Below are positions 61,355-64,000 of a stretch of 64,000 nt of DNA, piece after piece. The notes under the pieces are model-generated. The model was not told where the DNA came from. It was given only the letters and a program-made list of their open reading frames with translations, and did not search any database. Positions within the stretch are counted from its first letter, which is position 1. Every line of letters starts with the position of its first letter. Location: contig CAVXWZ010000002.1 of assembly GCA_963765575.1 (NCBI GenBank), positions 576,001 to 640,000 of the forward strand. The letters run 5' to 3'. The stretch comes from an uncultured cyanobacterium. GTDB lineage: Bacteria; Cyanobacteriota; Cyanobacteriia; PCC-6307; Cyanobiaceae. The position numbers were made by a program, and so were the translations under genes.

Positions 61355-62161
61355 TCACAGGCGGCGGGCGAACAGCTCCAGCATCTGCTGCCAACCCTGG
61401 GCTGCGGCCTGGGGGTGGAAGTCGGCGCGCTGATCGCAGAGGAAACCGTGGCCGGCGCCGGCCGCCACGACCAAGCGGCGCTCCAGCTCGGGCCGGCGGG
61501 CCCGGTCGCCGGCCAGGGCCGCCTCGATGGCGGCCAGCTCTGCAGCGGGCATCAGCGGGTCCTGATCGCCCACCAGGCAAAGCAGGTGACCGGGGAGGCG
61601 CGGCAGCACCGCCAGGGTGGGCTCACCGCCGCCGGGGCGGAAGCTGGAGACCCGCGCTCCGTAGGCCGCGCAGGTGGCGGCCACCTCCGGCAAGGTGGCC
61701 GCGAGCATCGCCAGATGGCCGCCGAAGCAGAAGCCCACACAGCCCACGGGCCTGTCCAGGCCAGGCTGACGCTGCAGCCAGGTGATGGCGGCACGGGCAT
61801 CGGCGAGAAACGCATCGGCGCTCACCCGGTCGCGGTGCTCCCGGCCGGCGGCCAGGCCCGCCGCGTCGTAGCCGACATCGAGATCGGGGGCGCTGCGCGC
61901 GAAGATCGGCATCGCCAGGGCGGCGTAGCCGGCGGCGGCCAGGCGCTCGGCCACGCCGCGCACCCAGGCGTTGAGGCCGAACACCTCCGGCAGCACCAGC
62001 AGGGCGGCCCGGGCCTGCCGCTGCGTGGGCCGGGCCCACCAGCAGCGCAGGCTGAGCCCGTCCGGACCCGCCAGCTCCTGCCAGCCGGCCTCGACCCCAG
62101 CGGTGGCTGCGGCAGACGCGGTGGCCGGGAGATCGTTGCTGGAGGGCGGGCTGGAGGTCAT
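61355..62161 (-). CDS. Dienelactone hydrolase family protein
   Basis: PEVFG, GFCFGG, GHGF. Confidence 0.92.
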   Translation of the reverse strand: MTSSPPSSNDLPATASAAATAGVEAGWQELAGPDGLSLRCWWARPTQRQARAALLVLPEVFGLNAWVRGVAERLAAAGYAALAMPIFARSAPDLDVGYDAAGLAAGREHRDRVSADAFLADARAAITWLQRQPGLDRPVGCVGFCFGGHLAMLAATLPEVAATCAAYGARVSSFRPGGGEPTLAVLPRLPGHLLCLVGDQDPLMPAAELAAIEAALAGDRARRPELERRLVVAAGAGHGFLCDQRADFHPQAAAQGWQQMLELFARRL

Positions 62162-62280
62162 GGCGGGGGCAGCGGGGCTGGAGCAGTCTGAAATCGGCTG
62201 GCCGGGGCCGGGCTTCTGGCCCTGAACCGGCACACACTCCTATGCCAACGGGGGGATTGTCCCCGCCGGGGATGCTCCGT

Positions 62281-63303
62281 ATGGTGAGCCCCAAACCCAA
62301 GGCCCGGCGCGGCGTGCGATTTCACATCCAGCAGGAGAGCGACATCCCCGCCTCGACCCAGCTGTACAACCAGATCTGCTTCGCGATCGCGGCCCGGCAC
62401 TACCCGCCTGGGCACCGCCTGCCCAGCACCCGTCAGCTGGCGATGCAGACGGGACTGCACCGCAACACGATCAGCAAGGTCTACCGCCAGCTGGAAACCG
62501 ACGGCGTGGTGGAGGCCATGGCCGGCTCCGGCATCTACGTACGCGATCAGCAGAAGCCGCGCCAGATCAAGCCACCGCCGGGTCCCCGCAACCGGGTGCT
62601 GCCCGACATCGACCGGGAGGTGCGTCAGAGCGTGGACGGCCTGCTGCAGTCCGGCTGCACCCTGCAGCAGACCCGCGACCTGCTCACCCGCGAGATCGAC
62701 TGGCGGCTGCGCTGCGGCGCCCGGGTGCTGGTGAGTACGCCGCGGGAGGACCTGGGCGCCTCGCTGCTGATCGCCGAGGAACTCACCCCCAACCTGGAGG
62801 TGCCGGTGGAGGTGGTGCCGATGGAGGAGCTGGAGGGTGTGCTGGAGCAGTCGAACAACGGCACGGTGGTGACCAGCCGCTACTTCCTGCAGCCGGTGGA
62901 GGAGATCGCTCGCCGCCATGGCGTGCGGGCGGTGCCGGTGGACCTCAACGACTTCCGCCACGAACTCGACCTGCTCAAGGAGCTGCGCAGCGGCAGCTGC
63001 GTGGGGCTGGTGAGCATCAGCCCGGGAATCCTGCGGGCCGCCGAGGTGATCCTGCACAGCCTGCGGGGCAACGAGCTGCTGGTGATGACGGCCACCCCCG
63101 ACACCGGCAGCCGGCTGCTGGCGCTGCTACGGGCCGCCAGCCATGTGCTCTGCGACCGTCCCAGCCTGCCGCTGGTGGAGCAGAGCCTGCGCCAGAACCG
63201 GGGCCAGCTGATGCGCATGCCGGTGGTGCACTGCGCCCAGAGCTACCTGGGCACCGCCACCATCGACGAACTGCGCAAGGAGATTGGGCTGCTGGCGGCC
63301 TGA
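62281..63303 (+). CDS. GntR family regulator (cyanobacterial PlmA type)
   Basis: LPSTRQLA, HRNTISKVY, GSGIYV; start uncertain. Confidence 0.9.
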   Translation: MVSPKPKARRGVRFHIQQESDIPASTQLYNQICFAIAARHYPPGHRLPSTRQLAMQTGLHRNTISKVYRQLETDGVVEAMAGSGIYVRDQQKPRQIKPPPGPRNRVLPDIDREVRQSVDGLLQSGCTLQQTRDLLTREIDWRLRCGARVLVSTPREDLGASLLIAEELTPNLEVPVEVVPMEELEGVLEQSNNGTVVTSRYFLQPVEEIARRHGVRAVPVDLNDFRHELDLLKELRSGSCVGLVSISPGILRAAEVILHSLRGNELLVMTATPDTGSRLLALLRAASHVLCDRPSLPLVEQSLRQNRGQLMRMPVVHCAQSYLGTATIDELRKEIGLLAA

Positions 63304-63326
63304 ATCAGGCCCGGTTCAAACAGGAA

Positions 63327-63398
63327 AGCGGATGAAGAGATTCGAACTCTCGACCCTCTCCTTGGCAAGGAGATGCTCTACCACTGAGCTACATCCGC
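63327..63398 (-). tRNA. tRNA-Gly(GCC)
   Basis: GCGGATGTAGCTCAGTGGTAGAGCATCTCCTTGCCAAGGAGAGGGTCGAGAGTTCGAATCTCTTCATCCGCT cloverleaf. Confidence 0.97.
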
Positions 63399-63511
63399 GA
63401 GTCCGGCGGTCTCGGCCGGGCACGCCTGGCGGTTTGATGCGCCGGCCAAGCGATCATGCCTGACGGCCTGCCCCCAGGTCAAACCCGCGGCCGCTCCGCC
63501 AGGATGCCTCC

Positions 63512-64000
63512 ATGTTCAAGGCCATCCGCTCCGACCTGGCGATCATCCGGGAGCGGGATCCCGCCGCGCGCGGACCGCTGGAGATCCTGCTCTGCTACCC
63601 GGGTCTGCACGCCCTGGCGCTGCACCGCCTCAGCCACCGCCTCTGGGGGTTGAGGCTGCCGCTGCTGCCGCGGCTGCTGAGCCAGGTGGGCCGCCTGCTC
63701 ACCGGCATCGAGATCCACCCGGGGGCCCGCATCGGCCACGGCGTGTTCATCGACCACGGCATGGGGGTGGTGATCGGCGAGACGGCCGAGATCGGCGACC
63801 AGTGCCTGCTCTACCAGGGGGTGACGCTGGGCGGCACCGGCAAGGCCCACGGCAAGCGCCACCCCACCCTGCGCCGCAACGTGGTGGTGGGCGCCGGCGC
63901 CAAGGTGCTGGGGGCGATCACGGTGGGCACCAACACCCGCATCGGCGCCGGCTCGGTGGTGCTGCACAACGTGGAGCCGGACTGCACGGTGGTGGGCATC
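63512..64000 (+). CDS. cysE: Serine O-acetyltransferase (runs off window end)
   Basis: [34 protein letters not shown]. Confidence 0.96.
   Translation, partial: MFKAIRSDLAIIRERDPAARGPLEILLCYPGLHALALHRLSHRLWGLRLPLLPRLLSQVGRLLTGIEIHPGARIGHGVFIDHGMGVVIGETAEIGDQCLLYQGVTLGGTGKAHGKRHPTLRRNVVVGAGAKVLGAITVGTNTRIGAGSVVLHNVEPDCTVVGI

Noticed and set aside
63300..63510. Integrative element at tRNA-Gly
   Set aside because: Core genes lie on both sides; no integrase or duplicated tRNA 3' end seen.

Overview
High-GC picocyanobacterial (Cyanobium/Synechococcus-like) chromosome segment. It is mostly core genes: the 3' end of rnpB, rnc, ndhS, rimM, manC, glmS, psaC, acpP-fabF-tkt, thiC with a TPP riboswitch, ruvB, smpB, cysK, egtB-egtD, lysS, an RpaB/SrrA-type regulator, mreBCD, ssb, ahcY, tsaE, mutY, a group-2 sigma factor, two mgtE, gpx, gyrB, miaA, infC, a GntR regulator, tRNA-Gly and cysE. 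Three blocks look accessory. (i) About 11.7 kb between tkt and thiC carries a Gly-X-X/RTX surface protein, katG, a three-gene operon with an apparent lipase plus His/Cys-domain fusion, def, decayed gltS and phyH-like genes, hsp20 and DUF1801. (ii) A persulfide dioxygenase-rhodanese and a YeeE/YedE pair sit between ruvB and smpB. (iii) A META-domain protein, an NDP-hexose 2,3-dehydratase and a GT2 lie between mutY and the sigma gene. Many genes carry single-base indels, most likely long-read consensus errors. No CRISPR array, rRNA, integrase or transposase was recognised. All assignments come from reading motifs; no searches were run.
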